DNA of 60,566 nucleotides, the filler included. It is 4 parts of 4 records of this genome, joined end to end, with 100 filler letters (N's around TTAATTAATTAA, not from the genome) between each part and the next. Parts side by side here need not be neighbours in the genome. Positions count along the whole stretch, not along the records: positions 1 to 20,296 come from SRR20825019_2001; positions 20,397 to 25,714 come from SRR20825019_2003; 2 more parts are not named here. The stretch is one strand, 5' to 3'. The notes beneath the pieces are model-generated. The model had not been told where the DNA came from and did not search any database. It saw only the letters and a list, made by a program, of their open reading frames with translations. Shown here in pieces: positions 10,402-20,428 of the stretch; the first letter of the stretch is position 1, and every line of letters begins with the position of its first letter. The translations under genes and the position numbers were made by a program.

Positions 10402-11508
10402 ATGAAGCGTTTCCGACAAAAATCTCTCCTTCTGGCGGGCCTGATTTTATTAATTGGGTGCAGTGAACCTGATCCCATACGCATAGGCTTCATTGCTGGT
10501 CTGGAAGGCCGTGCCTCCGACCTTGGAATTGCCTCTCGAAATGCCGTGCAGATGGCCGTTGATGAAGTTAATGCCGCCGGTGGTATTAACGGCCGGAAAG
10601 TAGAACTTGTTATCCGGGACGACAAAAGGTCAACCGAAGGTGGGGCGGAGGCCGCGCGCTCTCTCGTCAACGACAAGGTTACCGCAATTATTGGCCCCAT
10701 ATTAAGCGTTGTAGCGAGCGGTGTTGTCCCCGTAATTAACGATGCGAAGATCTTAACGCTCTCCCCAACGGTTATCGCGGAGCAATTTATTGGAAAGGAC
10801 GATTATTTTTTCAGGTTAAATTCTTCAAATACGCAATCAGCATTTGATTATGCCGAGGCCTTTTATGGCGCAGGTTACCATAATATTTCGGTGGCGACTG
10901 ATGCTCACAACGCCGTATTTACAGCAAGTTGGTTGAAATCATTCAAAGCGGAATATGAGCTTCTAGGCGGTACAGTTTTATTTGCAGCGCCTTTTGATGC
11001 AGCAAAAAAAGTAGGGTTGAAGGATACAGTTATCTCCCTGCTTGAGGTTAAGCCGAAAGCTATCCTTGTCCTGGCAAACGGCATAGATACGGCGCAATTC
11101 GCACAGCAAATCAGAAAACGCGACACAAATATCAAGTTGCTCGCAACGTCCTGGGCCGTGTCCGACAGCCTTATAGTTTTAGGGGGGCGGGCTGTTGAAG
11201 GGACATTGCTCCTGGACACTTTCGACAGGAATGATAACCGCGAACGATATGTAAAATTCCGGGATAGCCTTCAAAAAAAATTTAAAGTCGAGCCCAATCA
11301 AGCGAGTGTAGCGTCGTATGATGCTGCGACAACATTGTTCGCTGCGTTACAGGCATCGTCGGACAATGGACTTGATCTGAAGTCCGTGTTGTTGAGCCCT
11401 GCCGGGTATCCTGGTTTACAACAGCTTATAAAATTTGACGCTTTTGGCGACAGCGGCAGGGATACAACGGTCATCCTTGTCAGGAATGGCCAGTTTTCCA
11501 AACCGTAA
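10402..11508 (+). CDS. Type 1 periplasmic binding lipoprotein, LivJ-like (copy 1)
   Basis: Lipobox LIGC, AVDEVNAAGGINGRKVEL, IIGP, YDAA. Confidence 0.88.
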   Translation: MKRFRQKSLLLAGLILLIGCSEPDPIRIGFIAGLEGRASDLGIASRNAVQMAVDEVNAAGGINGRKVELVIRDDKRSTEGGAEAARSLVNDKVTAIIGPILSVVASGVVPVINDAKILTLSPTVIAEQFIGKDDYFFRLNSSNTQSAFDYAEAFYGAGYHNISVATDAHNAVFTASWLKSFKAEYELLGGTVLFAAPFDAAKKVGLKDTVISLLEVKPKAILVLANGIDTAQFAQQIRKRDTNIKLLATSWAVSDSLIVLGGRAVEGTLLLDTFDRNDNRERYVKFRDSLQKKFKVEPNQASVASYDAATTLFAALQASSDNGLDLKSVLLSPAGYPGLQQLIKFDAFGDSGRDTTVILVRNGQFSKP

Positions 11509-11613
11509 TTTATGCGCAGCCCCAAGCATGCATCGAATCTGCGTTAAAATATTTACTAAATTTTATTCATGGCATGAAACTATTTGCTGATTCTGGCACT
11601 GGTGAGACAGCTC

Positions 11614-12717
11614 ATGCGACTATATGCGACGCTATCTGCGCTACTTCTGTGCTTGCTGCAACTCGCAGCCTGCGGCGATCCCGAGGTTATTCGTGTTGGT
11701 TTCATCGGTGGCCTTGAAGGGCGGGCATCCGATATCGGCATCGCATCTCGAAATGCCGTTCAGCTGGCTGTTGATGAGAAGAACGAGGCCGGAGGGATTA
11801 ACGGGCGCCGGATTCAGCTACTGGTCCGTGACGATCATGGAACGGACGAGGGCGGTGCGGAAGCCGCGCGGTCCCTGATCGCGGAAGGGGTTGACGCAAT
11901 CATTGGCCCTAACCTCAGCGTGGTCGCAGGCGGCATGGTGCCGGTGATCAACGAGGCAGGGGTTGTCGCCATCACGCCTACCGTCTCTTCCCTGGCGTTT
12001 GTGGGGAAAAACGATCATTTCTACCGGATTGGCTCATCTACACGCCAATATGCCGAAGCCTACGCTCAATACTGCATCGATGCGGGGATTCGAAAGGTTT
12101 CCACGGCGCTTGATGGAAGCAATGCCCTGTTTTCGTCAAGTTGGAACGACGAGTTCAAAAAAGCTTTTACAGAACTTGGGGGGACCGTCGTTGTCTCTCT
12201 TCCGTTTGACAACAGTGTCGGCGGAGCTTTTTCCAGTACGGCGCAAATTCTCCTGGCCTCTAACCCGGAGGCACTGATCTTTATCGCCAACGGGGTCGAT
12301 TCCGCGCAACTCACACAACAGGTGCGTAAACACGATACCGGGATACCGCTCCTTGCCGCGGAATGGGCTGCTTCGGAAAGCCTTCTCACTCTTGGCGGGG
12401 CAGCGATAGAGGGGCTTCTCCTGTTACAGACCTACGACCGTTATGACGAAACGGCACGTTATGTCGTGTTTCGGGACGCTTATAGATCGAGATTCCGTTC
12501 TGACCCTGGATTCTCCAGTATTGCTGCGTATGACGGTGCGATGATTTTGTTTTCTGCTCTCAAGAATAAAAAGGAAGATCAGACAGTTAAGGAGGCGATG
12601 GATGCGCTTGGCAGCGTGCAGGGATTGCAGCAGAAGGTAACGTTCGACAGTACCGGTGATAGTGCCAGACAGCTTGTCTTCGTAACTGTTCAGAAAGGGA
12701 AATTCATTCGGAAATGA
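11614..12717 (+). CDS. Type 1 periplasmic binding lipoprotein, LivJ-like (copy 2)
   Basis: Lipobox LAAC, NEAGGINGRRIQL, IIGP, YDGA; paralogous to the upstream gene. Confidence 0.88.
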   Translation: MRLYATLSALLLCLLQLAACGDPEVIRVGFIGGLEGRASDIGIASRNAVQLAVDEKNEAGGINGRRIQLLVRDDHGTDEGGAEAARSLIAEGVDAIIGPNLSVVAGGMVPVINEAGVVAITPTVSSLAFVGKNDHFYRIGSSTRQYAEAYAQYCIDAGIRKVSTALDGSNALFSSSWNDEFKKAFTELGGTVVVSLPFDNSVGGAFSSTAQILLASNPEALIFIANGVDSAQLTQQVRKHDTGIPLLAAEWAASESLLTLGGAAIEGLLLLQTYDRYDETARYVVFRDAYRSRFRSDPGFSSIAAYDGAMILFSALKNKKEDQTVKEAMDALGSVQGLQQKVTFDSTGDSARQLVFVTVQKGKFIRK

Positions 12718-14687
12718 AGATCCCCCGGGAGCTCTCACTGCGCGTTGCGCTGTCTCTTCTGTTTGTCGTTACGCCTCTGGTCGCGCTGGTGATCGTCGGA
12801 TCGATCACACTTGCCATTCGCCTGCCGCAAGTTGCCGAGGAAAACCGCACGATAGCCAAAGAGTCCGCGGCGGAGATGGCCGCGCGCGTCGAGCAGTATT
12901 TGCGCTCTCTTGAACACCGCCTCAAGGTTTTGGCCGCCGCCGTCGACAATATTCCCGAGCAGGAGGTTTATTTCCTGTTGCAGACGGCCCGTGGCGATGG
13001 ATTCGACGCGATATATCTTGTTGATGAGCAAGGACTTCTCGTCGACGCCAGCGTCAAGAATTACAGCATTGAATATATCGAGGAAATCGTCGGCATTGAT
13101 ATGTCCGGAAACAAACTTTTCCGGACAGTTACGGAAACTCATAAGCAGGCATGGAGCGATACACAGCTATCCTCCATTTCAGGTATCGTTACCGTCGGCG
13201 TGGCTGTTCCCCTGGCGGGAAGCAACAAGATTATTATCGGTGAAGTTCCGCTCGACCAGATCGTCTCGATAAGTCAGTTTTCGCGCAGTGACAGACAGCT
13301 TGATCTCTGGATTGTTGATCGCCTCGGCGAGGTCGTTGCGGATACAAGAATTGCGCGTTCAGGCCGTCTCAACCTTCTTCATATGCCGATTGTCCAGGCT
13401 GGGTTGAGCGGGGACCCCATGCCGGAGATGCTGTCTTATGACGGGCGGGATTATTTCGCATGGGCGGAGTTTTCAGAGTCCCTGGGGTGGTTGTTCGTAA
13501 GCCGTATTCCGCGCGGCATAGATAATTCCACGACCAGGGAGCTCATCACCATCATCGTTACGGGATTTATTTCCACATCGATCATTGGAGCGCTCCTGGC
13601 CCCGCTTTGGGCTCAGACGATAGCACACACCGTAAAATCGGTTATCGAACGCGCTCGTTTGGTGGCCTCTGGACGGCAACCAGAAGAATGGCCAACGGGA
13701 ACGATCAAGGAATTCAATCAGCTTTCCGGTGACCTTGAAGCCATGGCCGAGGCCCTTGGCAGCCGTGAACAGGCTCTGAAGCAGATGAATGAGGAGCTCG
13801 AAGACCGGGTCAAGAAACGAACGCATGATCTGGCTTCTACAAATGCCGATCTTTCCGAAGCATTGCACAATCTGCAAATGACGCAGAACGAGTTGATCGA
13901 GGTTGAAAAACTGGCTGCTCTCGGACGGCTGGTTGCCGGTATTGCGCATGAATTGAACACGCCACTTGGTAACAGCAAACTCAGTTTGTCCGCCCAGAGC
14001 CATGAGATCGAGAGTTTTGGAAAATTACTGGCAAAGGGGCTGCGCAAATCTGACTTGATGGTGTTTCTGGACCGGATTCGTGAAACAACCTCAATGGCAT
14101 CCATGAATGTTGAGCGTGCCTGCGATCTGGTTACCAATTTCAAACAGGTGGCTGTAGACAGGACGACTTCCTATCGCCGGGTTTTCCGTTTGCATGAATT
14201 GGTTGCGGGCACGGTTCTGACGCTGCAGCCTTCCATGGATAAAAACATTCAGGTCGTTGTTGAGAACATCCCCGAAGAGCTTGAAATAGACAGTTATCCG
14301 GGTGAGCTCGGGCAAATCCTGACCAACCTTCTGGACAATGCCTCAAAGCATGCTTTTCCGGACAGGTCCGGGAACATTCATATTGCCGTTACGGAGCCAA
14401 GGAAGGGGGCCATCAGGATATGTGTCCGTGATGACGGAATCGGAATGCCTCCGGACGTGCTGGAAAAAATCTTCAATCCTTTCTACACGACCAAATTCGG
14501 ACAGGGAGGCACAGGCCTTGGACTGCACATCTCCTACAATGCCGCGGCGAATGTGCTTGGCGGCAGTCTGACCGTCAAAAGCACTCCAGGGGAAGGTACA
14601 GCCTTCACCCTCCTGATCCCGATCATTGCCCCGGATCCTGAAGATCCGGCTTCCAGAAGTGAAGATACGCCGACAGTTACGGCTTGA
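12714..14687 (+). CDS. Membrane sensor histidine kinase (Cache-like periplasmic region, HAMP, HisKA, HATPase)
   Basis: H-box EKLAALGRLVAGIAHELNTPLG, NLLDNA, DDGIGM, FNPFYTTK, GTGLGL; ATGA overlap with upstream gene. Confidence 0.92.
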   Translation: MKIPRELSLRVALSLLFVVTPLVALVIVGSITLAIRLPQVAEENRTIAKESAAEMAARVEQYLRSLEHRLKVLAAAVDNIPEQEVYFLLQTARGDGFDAIYLVDEQGLLVDASVKNYSIEYIEEIVGIDMSGNKLFRTVTETHKQAWSDTQLSSISGIVTVGVAVPLAGSNKIIIGEVPLDQIVSISQFSRSDRQLDLWIVDRLGEVVADTRIARSGRLNLLHMPIVQAGLSGDPMPEMLSYDGRDYFAWAEFSESLGWLFVSRIPRGIDNSTTRELITIIVTGFISTSIIGALLAPLWAQTIAHTVKSVIERARLVASGRQPEEWPTGTIKEFNQLSGDLEAMAEALGSREQALKQMNEELEDRVKKRTHDLASTNADLSEALHNLQMTQNELIEVEKLAALGRLVAGIAHELNTPLGNSKLSLSAQSHEIESFGKLLAKGLRKSDLMVFLDRIRETTSMASMNVERACDLVTNFKQVAVDRTTSYRRVFRLHELVAGTVLTLQPSMDKNIQVVVENIPEELEIDSYPGELGQILTNLLDNASKHAFPDRSGNIHIAVTEPRKGAIRICVRDDGIGMPPDVLEKIFNPFYTTKFGQGGTGLGLHISYNAAANVLGGSLTVKSTPGEGTAFTLLIPIIAPDPEDPASRSEDTPTVTA

Positions 14688-14951
14688 AAGTTGACCCCCA
14701 CCAAGAGTGGCGCTGGTGGATGCTTTTTTCACATCCCGCCGGGTTCGATTGACATTGCGAAACCAAACCGTTGAAATCAAATCGTCACACACGATGGCAC
14801 CGCTGATCCGGCCATGATCCGGAATCTGCGAGACAGGCAGGCTCAAAAGAGTGCCACGGAGTGAGACGGGAGGATTTAGCAAAATGCAAACGGCGGTATG
14901 CATCCGAAGACAATTTGGGGCATGAGCCACTTCGCTTCTCGGGGGACTGAT

Positions 14952-15959
14952 ATGACACTTCTTTCGCGCCGCCAGGTTCTGGCAACGCTGGCTGCACTCA
15001 GCGCCATCTCCATGTTGCCGGCGGGCATCGCCAATGCGGCCGACAAGATCAAGGTTGCGGGCATCTATACCCAGCCGATCCAGCAAAAATGGGATGCACG
15101 TCTGCATCAGGCTCTTGAGCTTGCTAAAGCTGCGGGCAAGATCGAGTATTCCTTTTCGGAAAAGGTCTCCAATACCGATTATATCCGCGTATTGCGCGAA
15201 TATGCCGAAAGCGGCGTGCAGTTGATCGTTGGCGAGGCCTTCGGTATCAGCCGGGAAGCCCGCAAGGTGGCTGACGAATATCCGAACGTTGCCTTCGTTA
15301 TGGGCGATCCCTTCAAGCCGCACGGCAGCAATTTCTCTGTCTTCGACAATTACATTCACGAGCCGTGCTACCTGATGGGCATCATCGCCGGAAGCATGAC
15401 CAAAACGAAAAAGATCGGCATGGTCGGCGGCTATCCGATCGGTGAGGTGAACCGGCTGTTCCATGCCTTTATGGCAGGCGCCAAATCCGTTGATCCGGCG
15501 ATTGAGTTCAAGGTCACCTTCATTGGCTCCTGGTACGATCCGCCGAAGGCCAAGGAAGCCGCCTTTGCCCAGATCGAATCCGGTGTCGATATTCTCTATG
15601 CGGAACGCGCCGGTGTGGTCGACGCGGCTCGCGAGAAGGGCATTCTCGCCTTCGGCAACGTCAACGACATGAACAAGGAAGAGAACGGCAAGGACGTTGT
15701 TGTGACCTCTGCGCTCTGGGACATGACCAACGCCATCGATCATGCCATCGAGCAGGTCAAGGCAGGCTCGTTCGAAGCTGCTGATTACAAGGAATGGACC
15801 ATGATGCAGAAGGGCGGCGCCAGCCTGGCCCCGTATTATGAGTTCGAGGACAAGATCCCGGCGGAAGCGAAGGCAAAGGTCACCGAGCTTTCCGAGAAGA
15901 TCATGTCCGGTGCGTTCGTGGTCGAGATTAACGACACCGAACCGAAATCGACGTTCTGA
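14952..15959 (+). CDS. BMP-family ABC substrate-binding protein (nucleoside/purine type)
   Basis: Tat-like SRRQVL signal, TKTKKIGMVGG, FIGSWYDPPKAKEAA. Confidence 0.88.
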   Translation: MTLLSRRQVLATLAALSAISMLPAGIANAADKIKVAGIYTQPIQQKWDARLHQALELAKAAGKIEYSFSEKVSNTDYIRVLREYAESGVQLIVGEAFGISREARKVADEYPNVAFVMGDPFKPHGSNFSVFDNYIHEPCYLMGIIAGSMTKTKKIGMVGGYPIGEVNRLFHAFMAGAKSVDPAIEFKVTFIGSWYDPPKAKEAAFAQIESGVDILYAERAGVVDAAREKGILAFGNVNDMNKEENGKDVVVTSALWDMTNAIDHAIEQVKAGSFEAADYKEWTMMQKGGASLAPYYEFEDKIPAEAKAKVTELSEKIMSGAFVVEINDTEPKSTF

Positions 15960-15979
15960 TTCGGCCGGGCGTTGCGCGC

Positions 15980-17536
15980 GTGACCCAACAAACCGATCCT
16001 GTGATGCCCCTGCTGTCTTTCAGGGGCATCACCAAGAGTTTTGGTCCGCTGATCGCCAATGGTGCGATCTCGTTCAATCTGCATCAGGGAGAAATTCTCG
16101 CCTTGTTGGGCGAGAATGGCGCGGGCAAAACCACCTTGATGAACATTCTCTTCGGACATTACGTCGCCGATGATGGAGAGATACTGGTCGAAGGGTCGCA
16201 ATTGCCACCCGGCTCGACAGAAGCGGCAATAAGCGCCGGTATCGGTATGGTGCACCAGCATTTCACGCTGGCAGAGAACCTGACGGTGCTGGAGAACATC
16301 ACGCTCGGCACGGAGCCATTGTTCGCTTGGCGCCGGAACATAAAGACGGCCAGGGCAAAGATTACCAGGATGGCCGATGAATACGGCCTTTACGCCGATC
16401 CGGATAAACTGGTTGGCGAACTCTCCGTCGGCGAGCGGCAGCGGGTGGAGATCCTGAAGGCGCTTTACCGCGATGCCCGTATTCTCATTCTGGACGAGCC
16501 GACGGCTGTCCTGACTCCGCAAGAATCCGACAGCCTGTTCGAGATACTGAAAAAACTGACTTCCAGCGGACTGGCGGTCATCTTCATTACCCACAAGCTG
16601 AACGAGATCCTGAACCATACGGACCGCGTTGTGGTGCTCAGGCGCGGAGCCGTGGCGGGCACTGTCGTGACAGCGGAAGCCGACCGGAACGGTCTTGCCA
16701 GCATGATGGTCGGTGCCGAAGTTATCCGCCCCCAGGCGGAACCCATGGAGCCGGGGGCACCTGTTCTGCGGCTTAACCGGGTATCCTGCCGGGCTGAGTC
16801 CGAGGCTCAGGGCCTGAAGGATGTCAGTCTGGAAATCCGGGAGCATGAAATCATTGGCCTGGCTGGCGTAGCCGGCAACGGCCAGCGCACACTTGCCAAC
16901 CTGCTGTCCGGCCTGACAGCGGCCGATACAGGAGATGTTGAAATTCTCGGCACAACGGGCCGGGCCGACGCGACCGCGCTGGTTCGGCGTGGTGTCGGCC
17001 GCATACCCGAGGATCGCCATGCGACGGGTGTCATCAGCGAAATGCCGCTCTGGGAAAATCTCATCAGCGAGGACCGCCGGAGCGCGGAGATCGCCCGGGC
17101 AGGCTTTGTTATCGACAAGGGACGGGCGCTGGACAGGGCGGCAAAACTGATCGAGGAGTTCGACATTCGCTGTGAAGGTCCGGAAGCGGAAACGCGTTTG
17201 CTTTCAGGCGGCAATATGCAAAAGCTCATCCTTGCGCGCGTGCTTTCGCGCGGACCGCGCTTTATCCTCGCCAACCAGCCGGTCCGTGGTCTCGACGAAG
17301 GTGCCATTGCCTATGTGCAAAGCCGGCTTCTGCAAGCGCGGGAACAGGGCGCGGGCATTCTGCTGATTTCCGAGGATCTGGATGAACTTTTCGCTCTAAG
17401 TGACCGGATCGCTGTGATCTATCACGGCCAGCTTATGGCTCAGCGGGCAACGGCGGATCTGACGGTTGAAGAGGTTGGGTTGATGATGTCCGGCCATGGG
17501 GCTGAGCTGGGATCGGAGGCCGTCCATGCGCATTGA
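15980..17536 (+). CDS. ABC ATP-binding protein with tandem ATPase domains (nucleoside/sugar type)
   Basis: GENGAGKT, LSVGERQRVEI, ILDEPT, GVAGNGQ, LSGGNMQK. Confidence 0.93.
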   Translation: MTQQTDPVMPLLSFRGITKSFGPLIANGAISFNLHQGEILALLGENGAGKTTLMNILFGHYVADDGEILVEGSQLPPGSTEAAISAGIGMVHQHFTLAENLTVLENITLGTEPLFAWRRNIKTARAKITRMADEYGLYADPDKLVGELSVGERQRVEILKALYRDARILILDEPTAVLTPQESDSLFEILKKLTSSGLAVIFITHKLNEILNHTDRVVVLRRGAVAGTVVTAEADRNGLASMMVGAEVIRPQAEPMEPGAPVLRLNRVSCRAESEAQGLKDVSLEIREHEIIGLAGVAGNGQRTLANLLSGLTAADTGDVEILGTTGRADATALVRRGVGRIPEDRHATGVISEMPLWENLISEDRRSAEIARAGFVIDKGRALDRAAKLIEEFDIRCEGPEAETRLLSGGNMQKLILARVLSRGPRFILANQPVRGLDEGAIAYVQSRLLQAREQGAGILLISEDLDELFALSDRIAVIYHGQLMAQRATADLTVEEVGLMMSGHGAELGSEAVHAH

Positions 17537-18575
17537 GGCACGCGAACATGTCGAGATCTGGCGCGTTATATCGGCGCCAGTCGCGGCCGTACTGGCAACT
17601 CTTGTGCTGGGTTCCGGCTTGATCCTGTGGGCGGGGGAGCCCGTGCTAGGCTCCTATTGGGCCTTGCTGAAAGGTTCGCTCGGTTCCGTCTTTGCCCTGA
17701 ACGAGACCCTGACACGGACAACGCCTCTGATCTTCACGGGCCTTGCCGTTGCGGTCGCCTTCCGGGCGAAGTTCTACAATATCGGAGCAGAGGGACAGCT
17801 CTATTGCGGCGCGCTGGCGGCAACCTTCTTCGGCACGGGCATGATTTCCCTGCCGCCGTACTTGATGATCCCCTTTCTGATGCTGGTCGGCGCCATGGCT
17901 GGCGGCGCCATCCTGATCGTGCCTGTTCTGCTGAAGACTCACATGAAGGTCGACGAGGTGGTGACGACGCTGTTGCTGAATTTCGTCATCCTGCTGCTGG
18001 TAGGCTATCTGCTGGAGGGGCCGTGGAAGGATCCGATGTCACTTGGCTGGCCGCAGGCCGCCCCTATTGTGGATGAGGGCATCTGGCCCCCCTTATTGGC
18101 CAAGGGCCGTTTGCATCTCGGCTTTATCTTTGCGCTCGTCGCCGCACTGCTTGCATGGGCGCTGATGCGCTTCACCGTCTGGGGGTACGAGATCCGGGCT
18201 GTTGGCCTGAATGCTTCCGCCGCAGGCTTTGCGGGAATTGGCGTCAACGCCACGGTTATCCGCACGGCGCTGATTTCCGGAGGCCTGGCAGGGCTTGCCG
18301 GTGTCAGCGAAGTTGCCGGGCTGAAGGGCTATCTCACCCTGGATCTCTCACCGGGCTTTGGTTATGCGGGTATCGCCGTTGCCATGCTGGCACAGCTCCA
18401 TCCTCTCGGTGCCATCCTCTCGGCTTTCTTCATTTCCGCCGTCTATGTCGGCGCGGATGCGATGAGCCGGTCGACGGATATCCCGACCTATATCGCGGAC
18501 GTACTGGTTGGCCTCTCGGTTCTGACCATCCTGGTCAGTGTCATGCTGACCCGTTACCGCATCCGCTGGAGCTGA
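17526..18575 (+). CDS. Nucleoside-type ABC permease 1
   Basis: NIGAEGQ, GYEIRAVG, polytopic hydrophobic pattern. Confidence 0.9.
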   Translation: MRIEAREHVEIWRVISAPVAAVLATLVLGSGLILWAGEPVLGSYWALLKGSLGSVFALNETLTRTTPLIFTGLAVAVAFRAKFYNIGAEGQLYCGALAATFFGTGMISLPPYLMIPFLMLVGAMAGGAILIVPVLLKTHMKVDEVVTTLLLNFVILLLVGYLLEGPWKDPMSLGWPQAAPIVDEGIWPPLLAKGRLHLGFIFALVAALLAWALMRFTVWGYEIRAVGLNASAAGFAGIGVNATVIRTALISGGLAGLAGVSEVAGLKGYLTLDLSPGFGYAGIAVAMLAQLHPLGAILSAFFISAVYVGADAMSRSTDIPTYIADVLVGLSVLTILVSVMLTRYRIRWS

Positions 18576-18579
18576 GGCG

Positions 18580-19530
18580 ATGATCGGCGACATTCTCGAA
18601 ATTCTCCTCACCGCCGGTTTCTGGGCCGCGACCATCCGCATCGTCAGCCCGCTGATCCTCGGTACTCTCGGCGAGCTGATCTGTGAGCGGGCAGGGGTGC
18701 TCAATCTCGGCATCGAAGGCATCATGACGATGGGCGCGATGGCTGGCTGGATGTGGGTCTATCAGGGCGGAGACCTTTGGGGCGGCATTGTTTTCGCGGC
18801 TTTCATAGGCGCGCTTTTTGGCTTGTTTCACGCGAGTTTCACGGTTTATCTGGGCTTGTCACAACATGTCACCGGCATCGGGATCACGCTGTTTGCTTCC
18901 TCCCTCAGCTATTATGTTTTCCGCATGATGCTGCCGGCCGCGACAACCCCGCCGAAGATCTTGCCGTTCCAGCCCTATGCCATTCCGGGCCTGTCGGATA
19001 TTCCGGTCATCGGTGAGGCGCTGTTCAGCCAGACGCCGCTAACATATCTGGCCCTGCTCTCCGTCCCGGCCGTCTGGTATGTGCTGGAGCGTACCCCACT
19101 CGGTCTTGCCGTACGCATGGCGGGGGAGAATCCCGTTGCCGTCGAATCCCAGGGTATCGACGTACTGGCCGTCCGGACAGGCGCGGTCATGGTCGGCAGC
19201 GCCTTCATGGCCATCGGTGGTGCCTTCATCACCATGAGCGCTTTCGACGCTTTCTATTTCGGCATGATCAACGGCCGTGGCTGGATTTGCGTCGCGTTGG
19301 TGATCTTTGCCTCCTGGAGACCGGGGAAGGCATTGCTGGGTGCCTTGCTGTTCGCCGGGCTCGATGCCTTGCAGGTCCGGGGGCAACAATTCGCCGGTGC
19401 ACAGATCCCCTATCAGTTCTTCCTTATGGCGCCATACATCCTCTCCATCGCCGCCATGGTGGTGATGGCGCGGCGGGCGCGGTATCCGAAAGCCCTGCTG
19501 GTTCCATTCCGGCGCGGCGACAGAGTCTAG
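18580..19530 (+). CDS. Nucleoside-type ABC permease 2
   Basis: ERAGVLNLGIEGIM, GENP, GRGWICVALVIF. Confidence 0.9.
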   Translation: MIGDILEILLTAGFWAATIRIVSPLILGTLGELICERAGVLNLGIEGIMTMGAMAGWMWVYQGGDLWGGIVFAAFIGALFGLFHASFTVYLGLSQHVTGIGITLFASSLSYYVFRMMLPAATTPPKILPFQPYAIPGLSDIPVIGEALFSQTPLTYLALLSVPAVWYVLERTPLGLAVRMAGENPVAVESQGIDVLAVRTGAVMVGSAFMAIGGAFITMSAFDAFYFGMINGRGWICVALVIFASWRPGKALLGALLFAGLDALQVRGQQFAGAQIPYQFFLMAPYILSIAAMVVMARRARYPKALLVPFRRGDRV

Positions 19531-19546
19531 ACCCAAGGCCTTCAAA

Positions 19547-20296
19547 ATGCTCGATCTCCTGATTACGAATGCGACGCTTCCCGATGGGCGTACAGGACAG
19601 TCCATTGCCATTCAGGGCGACAGGATCGTCGAGGTGGGGCCATCTGTATCCGGCGCTGCCGGCCGGACCATCGATGCCGGTGACTGCCTGGTCACACCTC
19701 CGTTCATCGATCCGCATTTCCATCTGGATTCCACCCTCAGCCTTGGCGAGCCGCGCCTGAACCAGTCCGGCACTCTGCTGGAGGGCATCCAGCTCTGGGG
19801 GGAACTGAAACCGCACCTGACCGGGGACGCCATCAAACAGCGCGTTCGGGAGCTTGCCCGCTGGTCCATTGCCAAGGGTACGCTCGCCATCCGCAGCCAT
19901 GTCGATACCTCCGATCCCCGCATGATCAATGTGGACGCGCTGATCGAGGTGCGGGAGGAGTTGAAGCCCTATATCGATATCCAGCTCGTTGCCTTCCCGC
20001 AGGACGGTTTTTTCCGCTCTCCCGGCGCCGCGGATAACCTCACCCGCGCACTGGATAAGGGCGTCGATGTGGTCGGCGGTATTCCGCATTTCGAGCGCAC
20101 CATGGAAGATGGTGCCCGCTCGGTCCGGGCCCTGTGTGAGATCGCGGCGGAACGGGGCCTCAGGGTCGATATGCATTGCGACGAGACGGACGATCCGATG
20201 TCGCGCCATATCGAGACGCTGACGGCGGAGACCAAGCGGCTCGGACTGGAGGGCAGGGTGGCCGGCTCGCACCTGACATCGATGCATTCGATGGAT
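19547..20296 (+). CDS. Cytosine deaminase-like amidohydrolase, 3'-truncated
   Basis: PPFIDPHFHLD, NQSGTLLEGI, LVAFPQDG, GGIPHFE, DMHCDETDDP as in bacterial CodA-type enzymes. Confidence 0.88.
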
Positions 20297-20396
20297 NNNN
20301 NNNNNNNNNNNNNNNNNNNNNNNNNNNNNNNNNNNNNNNNTTAATTAATTAANNNNNNNNNNNNNNNNNNNNNNNNNNNNNNNNNNNNNNNNNNNN
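20297..20396. other. Artificial contig spacer
   Basis: 44 N + TTAATTAATTAA (stops in six frames) + 44 N; composition changes abruptly across it. Confidence 0.98.
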
Positions 20397-20425
20397 AGTA
20401 GGATTTTTTTGTTTTCAGTTTCCAT
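20397..20425 (-). CDS. First codons of a probable response regulator, truncated
   Basis: METENKKILL begins 3 nt after the kinase stop and looks like a receiver-domain N-terminus. Confidence 0.6.
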
Positions 20426-20428
20426 TTG

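Noticed and set aside
14700..14860. Sigma-54 promoter at the TGGCAC/TGGCGC hexamers
   Set aside because: None has GC at the required GG-N10-GC spacing
20341..20352. TTAATTAATTAA palindrome recurring three times
   Set aside because: Always centred in 44+44 Ns; a six-frame-stop assembly linker, not biology
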